Below, piece after piece: positions 36,228 to 47,997 of a stretch of DNA of 64,000 nt. Source of the DNA: Basidiobolus meristosporus CBS 931.73 (taxonomy: Eukaryota > Fungi > Basidiobolomycota); contig MCFE01000080.1 of assembly GCA_002104905.1 (NCBI GenBank), forward strand, positions 62,001-126,000, written 5' to 3'. Numbering within the stretch: the stretch's first letter is position 1; the number at the start of each line of letters is the position of its first letter. The position numbers were made by a program, and so were the translations under genes. Under the pieces are notes generated by a model. It saw nothing but the letters and a program-made list of their open reading frames with translations. It was not told where the DNA came from and did no database searches.

Positions 36228-39200
36228 TGTAGTGCATCAACATTTAAAACTTAGCCAATTTTACTCCGTTTGAAAATCTAGTACCCTAACTGATTTTCCC
36301 TAATCCAAACATAACAAATCCCAGTTACAGTTTATTTTATCCCACCCCAGAATCTATTTTTAGCTATCACACCTGATCTATTTTCAAATGGTCATTACGT
36401 TATCAACCTAACTGCCAAGCCTTCCCAGGTGATTAGTCATCTGGGATCTATCCAACCACTGTGCAGTTGCCAAGACATCAGTTGATTGATGATGTAATTT
36501 TCATTTATCTTATGCACCTATGAATACCCAAATTGATTTCAATCAATCCAGTCCCTTGGTGCTTACTAATTCAACTTGATCAGAAAAGTATAAATAAAGT
36601 TTACTGAACCTTTTGGTTTAGGGTGTGTCTCAACAAAATTTAGATTCTGTCTCAGCAAAAATAAGAATCCAACAATTCCGTTCTAGTTTCTACCCAAGCC
36701 TAGTATATCCAGCACTCCAAAGAACACCAAGCCTAGCCTGCCTAGCAAACAAATATCATTGTCTTTATAGCCAACCCAGCTATATCCAAGACCAATATTA
36801 GATCAGAATCTTTCTGCTAATATTTCCGCCACTCTCTGACAATTCTAAGATTCTGCACTTAATTGTCCCTTTGGTTCAGTTAAGCCAATCATGAGTTTTA
36901 TTACACTTTCTCTTGGATACAACATTTTTTTTGTTGAATTCCATTACATTCAGCTGATTAGAAGATGTCCTCAGCAGCAAGCAATCCAAACCTTTCCATG
37001 TTGGAAGAAGCCAGAAGAAATCAGGAAGAACTTACTGAACAGCTTGAAAACATCATGCTTGAAAGAAACACCATGATGCTTGAGCACTCAAAGCTTGCTA
37101 AAACAGGATCTGATAATCACCATAGAGATGAACTCCTTGAAGTTATATCTGGTTACCAAGATGAAATTGGAATAATCAAGGAAGCACTGGAGAATATTGC
37201 CATAGTAATTGACAGCATTGAAAATCTGCCAAGCCTTGCTCTGCATCAGCCACCAAGAAGTCATGCCTTTGAATCCTCCAGATCTACTTCTCATTCTAGA
37301 CCTGCCCTGGTGGTTGTCCCAAGATCCTTGCCTGTTTATGCTGAAGGCACCAATGCCATCAAGAAACCAACTGAGTTTCTTTATAAGTTTAGTCACATCT
37401 TAGCTGCACACCAGCTAGACCCTGACATGAACTGGGCTAGACTTCTGCCTCTCAGTCTCACAATGCAAGATGCTGACTGGGTTGAAGTGAACATTCCTTC
37501 CAATAGTACGTGGAAAATTGCCCAAAACCTCTTTTGCAGCCATTTTGAAGATCCTCTCAAGAAAGCATATCTGAACTTCAACTTATGGATAACTAAAATG
37601 CAAAAAGGTGAATCTGTGCAACACTTCTGTGATAGATTCCAAAGACAAATGAGATTAGCTGGAGTTAGTGATGATAATCCATTGCTTACTGCTCATTTTC
37701 TTTCAAACTTTTCACACCAGCTACAGAGCAATATTGCTATTGTCAAAGCATGCAACCCTGCACGTACCTATGACCAGATCTCAGAGATATGTACACTGGC
37801 AATCACCTTGACTGCAGCTGTTAGCCCAACTTCAGGCAACTCAACCCAAGATCCCACAACAGCTGGAAAAGAGACCAGTCATGTGACCAAGAAGCAGTCA
37901 ACCGCTACTAAGCACTGTGAGCTTCATGGAAAATGCTATCATTCTACCAGTGAATGCAAAGGCATCACCAAGCAGTCAAACAAGTCAGGAAACACCTCAG
38001 AAAAGCAGTAAAACACCAAAACTGATAATCCATATGCTGATGACAAGTGCTTTAAATGTGGAAATATGGGACATAGATCACCTGCCTGTCCTGAGAAGAA
38101 CTCCACACCATCAGCCAAATTTACCCAGATCCTTGATGATCATTCAGCCAATGATACAATGGGGTATGAAGAAGCATATGAAGAACTAACAGTTCAAGAT
38201 TATCACAACCTCCTTGAGTTTCTGGCTAAAATTGCAACTGTTCAAGAAAAGAAGCAACCAATCACACAGCTCAAAGCCATAGAAGTGCCACTCACCCTCA
38301 ATGGCCAATCATACGTAGCACTACTAGATACTGGATCATCCAACTCTATTGTATCACCCAATGTAGTCAGAGAACTCAATTTGGAGATAGAAAAACAACC
38401 AGGAAAAATCATTCTTGCAGCTAAGGATCTCTCAGCCCCAAGAATTGGCATTACCAACCCAATCAACATACATAGTGGCTCAGTAACCATAATCCATCAG
38501 ATGGAAGTTATTGACATACCAGATGGACCTCAGGTAGTCATTGGTCTGGACACCTTCACCAAACTTGGCTTTCACATAGGCAGACTACCAGTTTCCTATC
38601 CAAGAATCACTAAATCTCAGCCGCTCATAATGGATCAAATCCCAGAGATTATCTCATCCCAACCGGAAGAAGAAGAGTTAACCCCAACTTTTCAAGAATA
38701 TTCTCAATCAGTCAAATTGGATATTCAGCTGGCCATAGAGAGAAATCAGGCCATTCCAAGGAACAGCTTCTACACCATCCCAGAATCCATTGTTACACTA
38801 GAGACCCCACCAGGTGAGTCAACATGGAGGAGGCAATACCCAATTCCGCATTCATGTCAACACTTAGTTGATGAGATAGTCCAAAAATGGGCTGACAATG
38901 GAATTATCACTCAAGCCCCTGTCAACACAACGTTCAACAGCCCTTTGATGCTTGCACCAAAGAAAGATGCTGATGGAAATCTAACCCTGAAGAGACCCTG
39001 TTTGGACCCCAGACCTCTGAACAAGCTTCTGCAAGATGACAAGTTTCCAATTCCAAGAATCCAAGATATCTTTTCCGCACTATCAGGAGCAAAAGTATTC
39101 TCCAAGTTGGACTTGGAGGATGCATATCACCGATTCCAGATCCATCCTGATCATCAGCATAAGACTGCCCTTACTTGGAATAATATGCAATGGATGTTTC

Positions 39201-42146
39201 AGGGAGCTCCCTTTGGCCTAAAGACACTTACCAGCAAGTTTCAGAGAGTCATGACTATAATACTCAAGAATGCACCATACGCATTGGTATTTGTTGATGA
39301 TGTCATCATATTTTCCACTAACCATGATGATCATGCAGCCCATGTCACTGATGTAATCAACAGACTGACAACTGCTGGACTGGTTTGCAATGCTGAAAAG
39401 TGCAGTTTTGCCCGCCTCAAAATCAATCTACTTGGATTTATAGTCACACCAGCTGGCCACCAATTAGATCCTTTCAAACTGGTCAATATCCCAGAATGGC
39501 CAAAATCCACTAGCGCCAAGCAACTTCAACATTATCTTGGAGTATTCAACTATTTCAGGGAACACATACCACTCACGTCCTCATTGAGTGCCCCTTTAGA
39601 TGCATTACGCCATAGACCTGATCTCACCTCAGCCTGGAGCAAGACTCATGACCAAGCCTTTGAGTCACTCTGCCAACTGCTTCCACAAGCACCCATCTTA
39701 TCCTACCCAGACTTTACTAAGCCCTTTATTGTTGCTATGGATGCATCTAATGTTGGGTTAGGGGCAGTCCTCTATCAAGATGTAGACCAAAATCCACCTC
39801 ACTGGATATCTTTCCAAGCCAGGTCCCTACAACCTGCTGAGAGAAACTACTCTGCTACTAAGAAGGAGCTACTTGCCATAGTCTTTGCCTTGAAGAAGCT
39901 TCATCAGTATCTATGGGGTAATCCTTTTACCTTGTACACTGACCACCATGTCCTTGTCTATATTCACACTCAGAAGACTCTTACTCCAATGCTTACCAAC
40001 TGGCTTGATACTCTACTTGATTATGAATATACAGTTATTCATTGCCCAGGAATTCTCAACATCCTTCCTGACTACCTGTCAAGACTTTTTTCAACTTCAC
40101 CTTGGGAGGGACATGTGATTACTGATGTAATCAGTAAACTCTCTACAACTTCCAAAATAATTCCTCAACCGGATTCAGCAACTTGGAAAATCCCACCTGA
40201 AGAACAAAGGAAAACATTGATACAGAGGAGTCAATTACTTGGCCACTTTGGAGCTGACACACTTATGAAGAAGCTACACCCTGATGGATATCACTGGCCA
40301 AATATCAAAGTTGACTGCTTAGAATTTGTCAAGTTGTGCAGAGAATGTCAACTTTACAATATCAGCCGCCATGGATTTCACCCTTTGAGCCCCATCCATG
40401 CAAGCCTTCCTATGGATCATATTGCAATTGATCTAGCTGGACCTTTCATCACTAGTGATGATGGTAATCACTACCTCTTTGTAATTGTGGATGTCTGCAC
40501 ATGTTTTGTCTTCCTCAAAGCTATCCCAGACAGGTATGCTGCCACTATTGCACAAGAACTATTCAAACTCTTCTGCCTTTTTGGATTCCCTAAGGTCATT
40601 CAATTGGATAATGGAACAGAATTTGTGAATCACATGATCAAAGCCCTTTGCCAGAATAGCACCATTGATCACTGTCTGATCACTCCATATCATCCCAAAG
40701 CTAATGGACTGGCTGAAAGACATTTTCAGACCTCAGTGAACATCATTAGGAAATCTATCAAAGGTATCAAGAAGAATTGGGACAAGTACATTCCAACTGT
40801 ACAGTATGCTATCAACACCAAAATTGCTGCTCTACATGGATCAACACTATTTTCCTTGATGTTTGGAAGAAGATAAAACCACTTTGGAGACTACCAGAAT
40901 ACAGAGTTAGCAAGTTTGAATACAGATAAGCTAAAGAACTGGCTTGAGTACCTTACCAACATTGTCTACCCTGCTATCAGTGCCAGAAGTAAGGCCTCTC
41001 AGCAAAAGATGACTTCAACATATGCCTCAAGACACAGGAACAGCAGCTTCCCAGATGGGTCATATGTCATGACACTAGATCCAATCCGGCAATCTAAGCT
41101 TGACCCCAAGTATGAAGGACCATTCAAGGTTGTCAGACGCACTACTGGAGGATCTTATGTACTTCAGGATAACACTGGAGCACTGCTACCCAAAAACTTT
41201 CCACCTTCCTCACTCAAACTTATTTCTCAAGACCCAGTAACTTTGGAATCCTATGAAGTTGAAGCTATTGTGGACCATGACAGAGAAGAACCAAATTGCC
41301 TTTATTTAGTCAAGTGGAAAGGCTATGATGCCAAACACAACACCTGGGAACCTTACACCAACTTTGATGATGTTGCCATTATTGATCAGTATTGGAGCTG
41401 CAGAGGAACCCAAAAGGTATCAAAAAACTCCTCTTCTGGAAGGAAGTGATGTTGTGCATCAACATTTAAAACTTAGCCAATTTTACTCCGTTTGAAAATC
41501 TAGTACCCTAATTGATTTTCCCTAACCCAAACATAACAAGTCCCAGTTACAGTTTATTTTATCCCATCTCAGAATCTATTTTTAGCTATCACACCTGATC
41601 TATTTTCAAATGGTCATTACATTATCTATCTATCTGCCAAGCCTTCCCAGGAGATTAGCCATTTGAGATCTTTCCAACCACTGTGCAGTTGCCAAGACAT
41701 CAGTTGATTGATGATGTAATTTTCATTTATCTTATGCACCTATGAATACCCAAATTGATTTCAATCAATCCAGTCCCTTGGCGCTTACTAATTCAACTTG
41801 ATCAGAAAAGTATAAATAACGTTTACTGAACCTTTTGGTTTAGGGTGTGTCTCAACAAAATTTAGATTCTGTCTCAGCAAAAATAAGAATCTAACAATTC
41901 CATTCTAGTTTCTATCCAAGCCTAGTATATCTAGCACTCCAAAGAACACCAAGCCTAGCCTGCCTAGCAAACAAATATCATTGTCTTTATAGCCAACCCA
42001 GCTATATCCAAGACCAATATTAAATCAGAATCTTTCTGCTAATATTTCCACCACTCTCTGACAATTCTAAGATTCTGCACTTAATTATCCCTTTGGTTCA
42101 GTTAAACCATTCAAGAGTTTTATTACACTTTCTCTTGGATACAACA
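36228..42146 (+). mobile_element. Gypsy-2: chromodomain Ty3/Gypsy element with a single gag-pol frame
   Basis: 697-bp LTRs 36228-36924 and 41450-42146; perfect 5-bp TSD CACTA (36223-36227, 42147-42151); purine tract GGAAGGAAGTGA. Confidence 0.96.
36965..41449 (+). pseudogene. Gypsy-2 Gag-Pol polyprotein with two in-frame TAA stops (38009, 40874)
   Basis: ORFs 36965, 38066 and 40916 share one frame; CFKCGNMGHRSPAC, LLDTGS, KLDLEDAYHR, FVDD, DASNVG, LDNGTEF, AER and chromodomain YEVEAIVDH..YLVKWKGY..TWEP. Confidence 0.93.
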
Positions 42147-43629
42147 CACTACAAGAAGCCCCTTTACTCTAAAGACACCCCTTTAGACACCCCTTTAGAG
42201 ACTTCTACAACACACCCCTTTAGGTTAAAGGGGAGTTCAGAATTTCCATATTAGAAAATATTTCCTCAGAAAGGAAAGTGACTTCCAAGTAAGGAAAAGT
42301 TACTAAAAGAGTAAATAAGCCCATTAGTCAACAGAAGGTCAGAACACTGCTGTAGAAGTGATAAACACTGCCTACAGTATATTTTGAGCCTAAGATTGAG
42401 GAAATTAGTGAAAGTTATATCTTCTATTGGTATATCAAACTCCCAATAAACTATTTCAGTATTAGCATACTGGAAGTTGTTGCATATTGTTGATTAGCCT
42501 CTACATTGTTGAACAAGCCCCAAACTAATCATAATAAAACACAACAGAACACCGTACAGTCCTTGAAGTGCAACAACAGTGCCCAACAATAGAGCCCACA
42601 GAAAAACCTATCACAGCATGGGAGGGAGATAATGTGGTGTTCATACCAAAGCCTAAAAATCAAAAGACATTGAAGATCCGTGAAGCCATTGAGTGCAATA
42701 ATAAAGAGTGGGCTAATATACAAGTGGCCATTGGAAGACTAGCATGCCATCACCTTAAGGCCAACATACCATGGGACCATCAGGAACTCAAGGTCAAGCA
42801 GAATGCACTTGACTTGTTCCATGCGTATTATCATGGATTCAAACGGGCAAACAGATTTTGGGCCAGCATTGGTATGCTAAGAAAGTAGACTTGTTCCATT
42901 GTACTGTGACAGGGCATGTGGCACAATCTGCGGTTGTAAAGAACAATTGGGCACAATATTATAGCTACCAGAAGGAAGGATTGTTCTTGGACAATTTCGC
43001 ACTATGCAGGACAATCTTGCACACTATGGCACAATCTGACACGATGAGGTTGGAACGGATGATTGCGCCAACTCGTAATGTTAGCATCACGTGCGCAATT
43101 GGATACCGCCATTATGGCAGGTAAAATCCGGTATTTGGATATGTTTCTTTAATGTAAATGGAAATAAATGTGTATCACACTATAAACTACACTGATACTT
43201 ACCATTTTGGTTACCCTCACTCCAATTGGACGGTATCTCAGTGGTTAATTGGTCCAAAAGTATCCTGAAGCTGGCAGCCCCCAATTGGCTCATTGACTAC
43301 TAAAAAAGCTACCTGATTTGCCATCAAATATCCCATTTTGCTCATTGAACAAGTAAATCCCTAATCCTAGTGATTGGACAAGGTGTCATAGCCAGCACAC
43401 AAGCGATTGTGTAGGTGCAAAACAGATCCAATAGCTGCACTGGTATTACAGATGACGTATATATATGCAGGGTGTTTATTTATAGGGGTTCTGTCTCAAA
43501 TGTGAGACAACCTTGATATTACTTATATCAAAAATTTAATGATCACTGATTTGCAATGGCTTGATTTGGATTGCAAAAAAAAAGGGTTGCCGGGATCATT
43601 ACAGATGTGAGCAATTCAAAGCAATCACA

Positions 43630-44877
43630 TCATCTTCTCCTGGGTTTTTTTCTCACAGGGATTACTACTGAAGCATTTGGTAGTGACTCACTTTGCACAC
43701 CTATACTACTTCCTGGCTGACTATCATCTTGGCTACTTGTGTATTTGTAGTCAGTATTTTGCCTCCTAGTTGATGAGTGCAATGCTACAGCTTGGCCGCG
43801 CTGAATTGCTCCAACTGAACCAACTGAACCGGCCTGTAGTGCCATGCGCTGACGTGTTCTTTTACTTGCCAAGGGCTCCGGTGGTTGAGGCACTTCATAT
43901 TGGTCATCATCAGTCAGTTCACCAGAAGTAACTCGCTGATGGTCAGGCAAAACGGCATGCGCAGGTGTGCCTTGACGCGTTGAGATGGCCCTTGGCTGAG
44001 TTTGATGTGATGCTGCAAGTTGACGCAATTTGGTCCGCTCCAATGGACTTGTGTCTAAATGAGCGGTTTGGCAAGTTCTCGTAGTTTTGCTCTGAAGCGC
44101 GCGCGTTGACCTGACGCACGTTGACTCAATGCGGGGCGTTCTGGTAAAGGGTGTTGGCGTACTCTGGACTGACGTGCGCCGGCGCGCTGTGGTTGCAAGA
44201 GATGGTAGGGAATCCAGCAAGGCGTGCGGGCGCAATCTGGATGATGCTGCCCGCGGTCTGTATTCTTCCTCCTGAAGCTCACCATCTGATTCCTCAAGGT
44301 ATTCACTTACCCTCTGTCTGATACTTTGGAGCTGTTGCCTGGATGAGTCCTGTGTATATTGCTCTTGGAAGCCACTTAGCTCTACTAATATATCACGTAG
44401 TATGTTAGTCATTTGAGGCAAAAACTCATTCAAAATCTCTTTGGTTCCCAAAGTTGAGGCACAAATGGACGCGTCCGGCCCGTACTCTGCAAATTGCACG
44501 CAAAATTGTTCCCGCACGGCTTCTTTGTCAAATCCCCTCACTCTCAGCTCATTCTTGATTTCAATACTTGTCTTGTTATATATCTTTTTACATACATTGG
44601 CTGGCATCTTGATGTAGAACTCATGCCACAGCTTTCTACTCAAATTCTTCCATCTTTGTTGACTCTCTGAGGTATCTAGTTCCGCTAGATTAATCAGTAG
44701 TGCCCAAATATCTCTATGAAGGCTCATCATAGACACTTGGGCCATACTAAAATCATTTGGCAAGAATGCAAACGGATCCAACATCAACTTTTCCAGTCCG
44801 GACCGTGCTTGTGAGCTGGGGGATGGGTTTTGTCTGGGTTGTACTAAAGATGAGTTGAGGCTTGGTATGGGGACCAT
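43630..44877 (-). CDS. PHIS element second ORF (415 aa): helical N-terminal half, Arg/Ser/Thr-rich disordered C-terminal half, basic RKKPRR end
   Basis: Long uninterrupted ORF inside the TIRs, divergent from the transposase. PHIS elements often carry a second DNA-binding ORF, but no domain was recognised here. Confidence 0.65.
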   Translation of the reverse strand: MVPIPSLNSSLVQPRQNPSPSSQARSGLEKLMLDPFAFLPNDFSMAQVSMMSLHRDIWALLINLAELDTSESQQRWKNLSRKLWHEFYIKMPANVCKKIYNKTSIEIKNELRVRGFDKEAVREQFCVQFAEYGPDASICASTLGTKEILNEFLPQMTNILRDILVELSGFQEQYTQDSSRQQLQSIRQRVSEYLEESDGELQEEEYRPRAASSRLRPHALLDSLPSLATTARRRTSVQSTPTPFTRTPRIESTCVRSTRALQSKTTRTCQTAHLDTSPLERTKLRQLAASHQTQPRAISTRQGTPAHAVLPDHQRVTSGELTDDDQYEVPQPPEPLASKRTRQRMALQAGSVGSVGAIQRGQAVALHSSTRRQNTDYKYTSSQDDSQPGSSIGVQSESLPNASVVIPVRKKPRRR

Positions 44878-46070
44878 AGCAACGGATTTGGATACTTATA
44901 CAGCAGTATATTGGCATCAACCTGGTCTTATATGAAGTATATATGAAAACTAATGTGATTGTTGAATTTTCCATATATTATGCATGATGCATCTTGGATC
45001 GCATTGACACAGATCAGATCACATCAATTGCAGATTTCCTATTTGATTATAGACCTATGATTAAAGCATCAATAAAAGTACCAAGGCATTGTTTGCGGAT
45101 GATTTTTGCAACATAATGATGGGATACATGGCAATTGATGGAGATTTAACCATAATGTATTAAAAATCAGATAAATAAGGCGGATCGGTGTGGTGGTGTA
45201 GAGGTACTCCTGGGAGAAGCTACACAACTCAAGGTGTGTGAGGTGTCTGATGGGTGCAATAACCTCTGTGTCTAAACTGCTGGTGTCTATGTCAATATGT
45301 CACTATGGTAAAAGCTCCTGCTTCTTTAGCTTCCTAGGTGCTCCAAGTGTCTCCAAAGGCCTCTGTGTGTCTTGTGCACTACCCTGAAAAGCTCCTTGAT
45401 GGCAGGTCTTAGATGTACTGTTGAAGGCAGGTGCAGTGATCAACTGCTAATCAATAAGGTAGAAGTGTTACTGATAGAAGGGATGATTTATTGATGAGGG
45501 ATTGCTTTCCCTTAAATACTTTTCCTGATTGCCAAGTGATTACTAATGACAAGGTTCTAGAAGATTCTAGGTATCAGTGGAATTCTTGATGACATCACTA
45601 TGAGCTAAAAATATGCCAAGAATGTCCTGGAAGATTCTAAAAGGCACAGCACTCTCAACCAATCAGGAATCAGTAGTCTGAAACCTGTGCAACATAGAAA
45701 TACCATATATGGTATTGAAATGGTAGAGATGGTAACACAGACCTAGGTCATGTGTCACGGGTACTGACGTGAGTACTTGCCTTATATAGATACATCTACT
45801 GATCACAAAGCCGAATAACATCTGGGATAACTAATGCTAATAACTAATCAGGGTAAACATCATATGGGGATAATACTGATAATATGGGCAAAAGAAGAAT
45901 GGGATAATACTGATAAGATAAAATATGGATAAGTATATCATAATGACTATATGAATAAACTTGTCTGTGGGAGGTATGTTTACCCTACCACATCCACCCC
46001 CCACTTGAGCTAAAAAGTTTCAGGGAACTTTTTAGCTAACCACTGTAAGTTTGGAGAACAAAGTGCTCTC

Positions 46071-47927
46071 TCAGTCTTCCTCAATGAAGCCACCTGTCCT
46101 TTCTTGAGATAGAAATCTATATGATGTCATTGATCGGATATTGTTTGAGTCCACACCACAGAAGGTTGCTGTTAGTCCTGGGCTCTCTGAGTATATAGTA
46201 TACCATGCTGAACCATCTGGGTAGTTCACTGCAGTTGCTCTTGCTTTTACTTCCCATGGTCTTCCAAGAAGTAATTCAAAGTTAGCCTTTGCACAAATGA
46301 ATACTGGGATCTCATGGGGTATTCCTTCAATGATGAGAGGGAAGCTGTGAATAATTCCTAAAAGCTTTGATTGCCCTGAGTTGGCATCCTTCATGCTCCA
46401 ATTGATATTGGTGTCTATGAGCAATAGGTCTTTGCATGGTAGTTGTTTCCAAGCCTCCAAAGGCATTACACATATCTCAGATCCACTGTCTATATGACAT
46501 AGGATTTCTTGATTATGCACAGTTCCTGTAGTTGTTGCAGTTGCCACTGAGTAGTAGTGTTTCTGGCTTTGATGCAGCTTACTGATATCTTGGCTTCCTT
46601 GAACTGTCCTGACCTGGTTGCCTTGAGTTGCTTCAATTGGATGCTTTCTTATTCTGATATGCTCATCCAGAGTCTTTCTTACAGATGGTGATACACTGAG
46701 TAGCTCTCCAACCTTGATTGATATGTTGCTTCCTAGTATATGACTTGTCAGAGCCTCTGGGGTACCATTTTGCTTGACTCTAGGCTGCATGTGGTAGTTG
46801 TTGGCCTTGGCAGACTCTTGTAAAATTAATGGGGGTGATGCTTTCTTCTCAATCACAACTTCTGGCTCACATCTTGGTACTTTTGTTGCTGGGCCTGGAT
46901 TAGCCATTTTTTCAGGATGGTGTCTCTTTGAAGCATAAATTGAAGCTATATGATCTTGGGCCTCTCTGGGGTCCTCATAGTCAAAGTTCAGAACTTCAGC
47001 TGGATCAAAGTAGTCAGGATCTTCTTCTTCATGGAGGTGAACCTTTCTTGTATGAGAGGTGACTTGCTTGTAGTGAACTCTCATTCCTCCTTGTCCAAAT
47101 GCTGTGGATAATTTGTCACCATGCTTACTGACTATGTATCCCTGAGGACTATATAGGACATCACCTGTGGATAGTAATGACTGAAGCTCTTGGCAATTTC
47201 TCTTGGAATGGTTGGCAGAGTCACACCACATGCATGTATATTTGACTTCTTTCTCTACTGGCTTCTGACCATATGCTTTGCTGGCAAGTAGCAAAGAGAG
47301 TTTCTCTAGTTGCTGTGTCAGCTCCTGAATTTGAGTGCTTTGATTGCTGGGATTAAGTATGTCTTGGCTATCTTGGTTTTGTTCTGGGCTTGAAAGAAGC
47401 TTTCTGATTGGTGAAGTTTCTTCAGGGGCAAGTAGAATCTGCTTAGCTAACTGAAATGCAGGCAGTGAACTCATAGCTTTCATAGTAGGATTGTTTTCAA
47501 TCCTTCTCACCAGGCCTTCTGGTAGTGCTCTGAGCAGATAGGCAGATAAAGTCAGATCAGTGATAATGCCTTGGGCTTTCAGTGACTCTCCAATTTGCTC
47601 AAGGCCACTCAAGTATTCTTTCAATGGTAGCAGCTTAAACTTGCTATAAGCAAAGTTCTCCAAGTCTTGAAGTGTGTAGTCAACTTGTCTCTCTCCATAT
47701 TCATCAATCAAGTAGCTCTTCAAGAGGGTCCAATTTGTCAGCAGATCATTTCTTTCATATAATGAGAGCATGATCTCATCAGTGCTGTAGGGGGGCATCT
47801 CTTCAGCCATAATGGTCTCAGGTATTTTGTGGGCTCTGCAGAAAAGCTCCCACCTCTTGATGAAAGCTGTAACTTTAGTTCCATCAAAGAAAGGGGTTCC
47901 TTGCATTCCTGGTAAAGGTAGATCCAT
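46071..47927 (-). CDS. Gag (CCHC knuckle) fused to an aspartic protease, 618 aa, intact
   Basis: PFFDGTKVTAFIKRWE capsid-like start; CMWCDSANHSKRNC; IDSGSEICVM and FELLLGRPW retropepsin motifs. Confidence 0.88.
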   Translation of the reverse strand: MDLPLPGMQGTPFFDGTKVTAFIKRWELFCRAHKIPETIMAEEMPPYSTDEIMLSLYERNDLLTNWTLLKSYLIDEYGERQVDYTLQDLENFAYSKFKLLPLKEYLSGLEQIGESLKAQGIITDLTLSAYLLRALPEGLVRRIENNPTMKAMSSLPAFQLAKQILLAPEETSPIRKLLSSPEQNQDSQDILNPSNQSTQIQELTQQLEKLSLLLASKAYGQKPVEKEVKYTCMWCDSANHSKRNCQELQSLLSTGDVLYSPQGYIVSKHGDKLSTAFGQGGMRVHYKQVTSHTRKVHLHEEEDPDYFDPAEVLNFDYEDPREAQDHIASIYASKRHHPEKMANPGPATKVPRCEPEVVIEKKASPPLILQESAKANNYHMQPRVKQNGTPEALTSHILGSNISIKVGELLSVSPSVRKTLDEHIRIRKHPIEATQGNQVRTVQGSQDISKLHQSQKHYYSVATATTTGTVHNQEILCHIDSGSEICVMPLEAWKQLPCKDLLLIDTNINWSMKDANSGQSKLLGIIHSFPLIIEGIPHEIPVFICAKANFELLLGRPWEVKARATAVNYPDGSAWYTIYSESPGLTATFCGVDSNNIRSMTSYRFLSQERTGGFIEED

Positions 47928-47980
47928 GGTCTTGATAATTTGTTCTTTCTTAAGTCTTCTAGAGGCAGTTCAGTCAAACC

Positions 47981-47997
47981 CCCCACGTTGGGTGCCA
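47981..47997 (-). other. tRNA-Lys-type primer-binding site
   Basis: Minus strand TGGCACCCAACGTGGGG differs from the tRNA-Lys(CUU) PBS TGGCGCCCAACGTGGGG only by a CpG-to-CpA change. Confidence 0.8.

Larger units (their letters stand above)
35445..42546. mobile_element. Unclassified TG..CA insertion (~1.18 kb once Gypsy-2 is removed), possibly a solo LTR
   Basis: Interrupts CACTA ORF2 with a 4-bp TSD GAAC (35441-35444, 42547-42550); no long TIR or ORF seen. Confidence 0.7.

Noticed and set aside
38009-38011. Programmed stop-codon readthrough between Gypsy-2 gag and pol
   Set aside because: The stop is TAA without a known readthrough context, lies before the CCHC knuckle, and a second in-frame TAA occurs in the integrase; point mutation is simpler.
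36223-42151. CACTA pentamers at both ends suggesting a CACTA transposon
   Set aside because: They are direct, not inverted, and lie just outside the TG..CA LTR ends: this is the 5-bp TSD of Gypsy-2.
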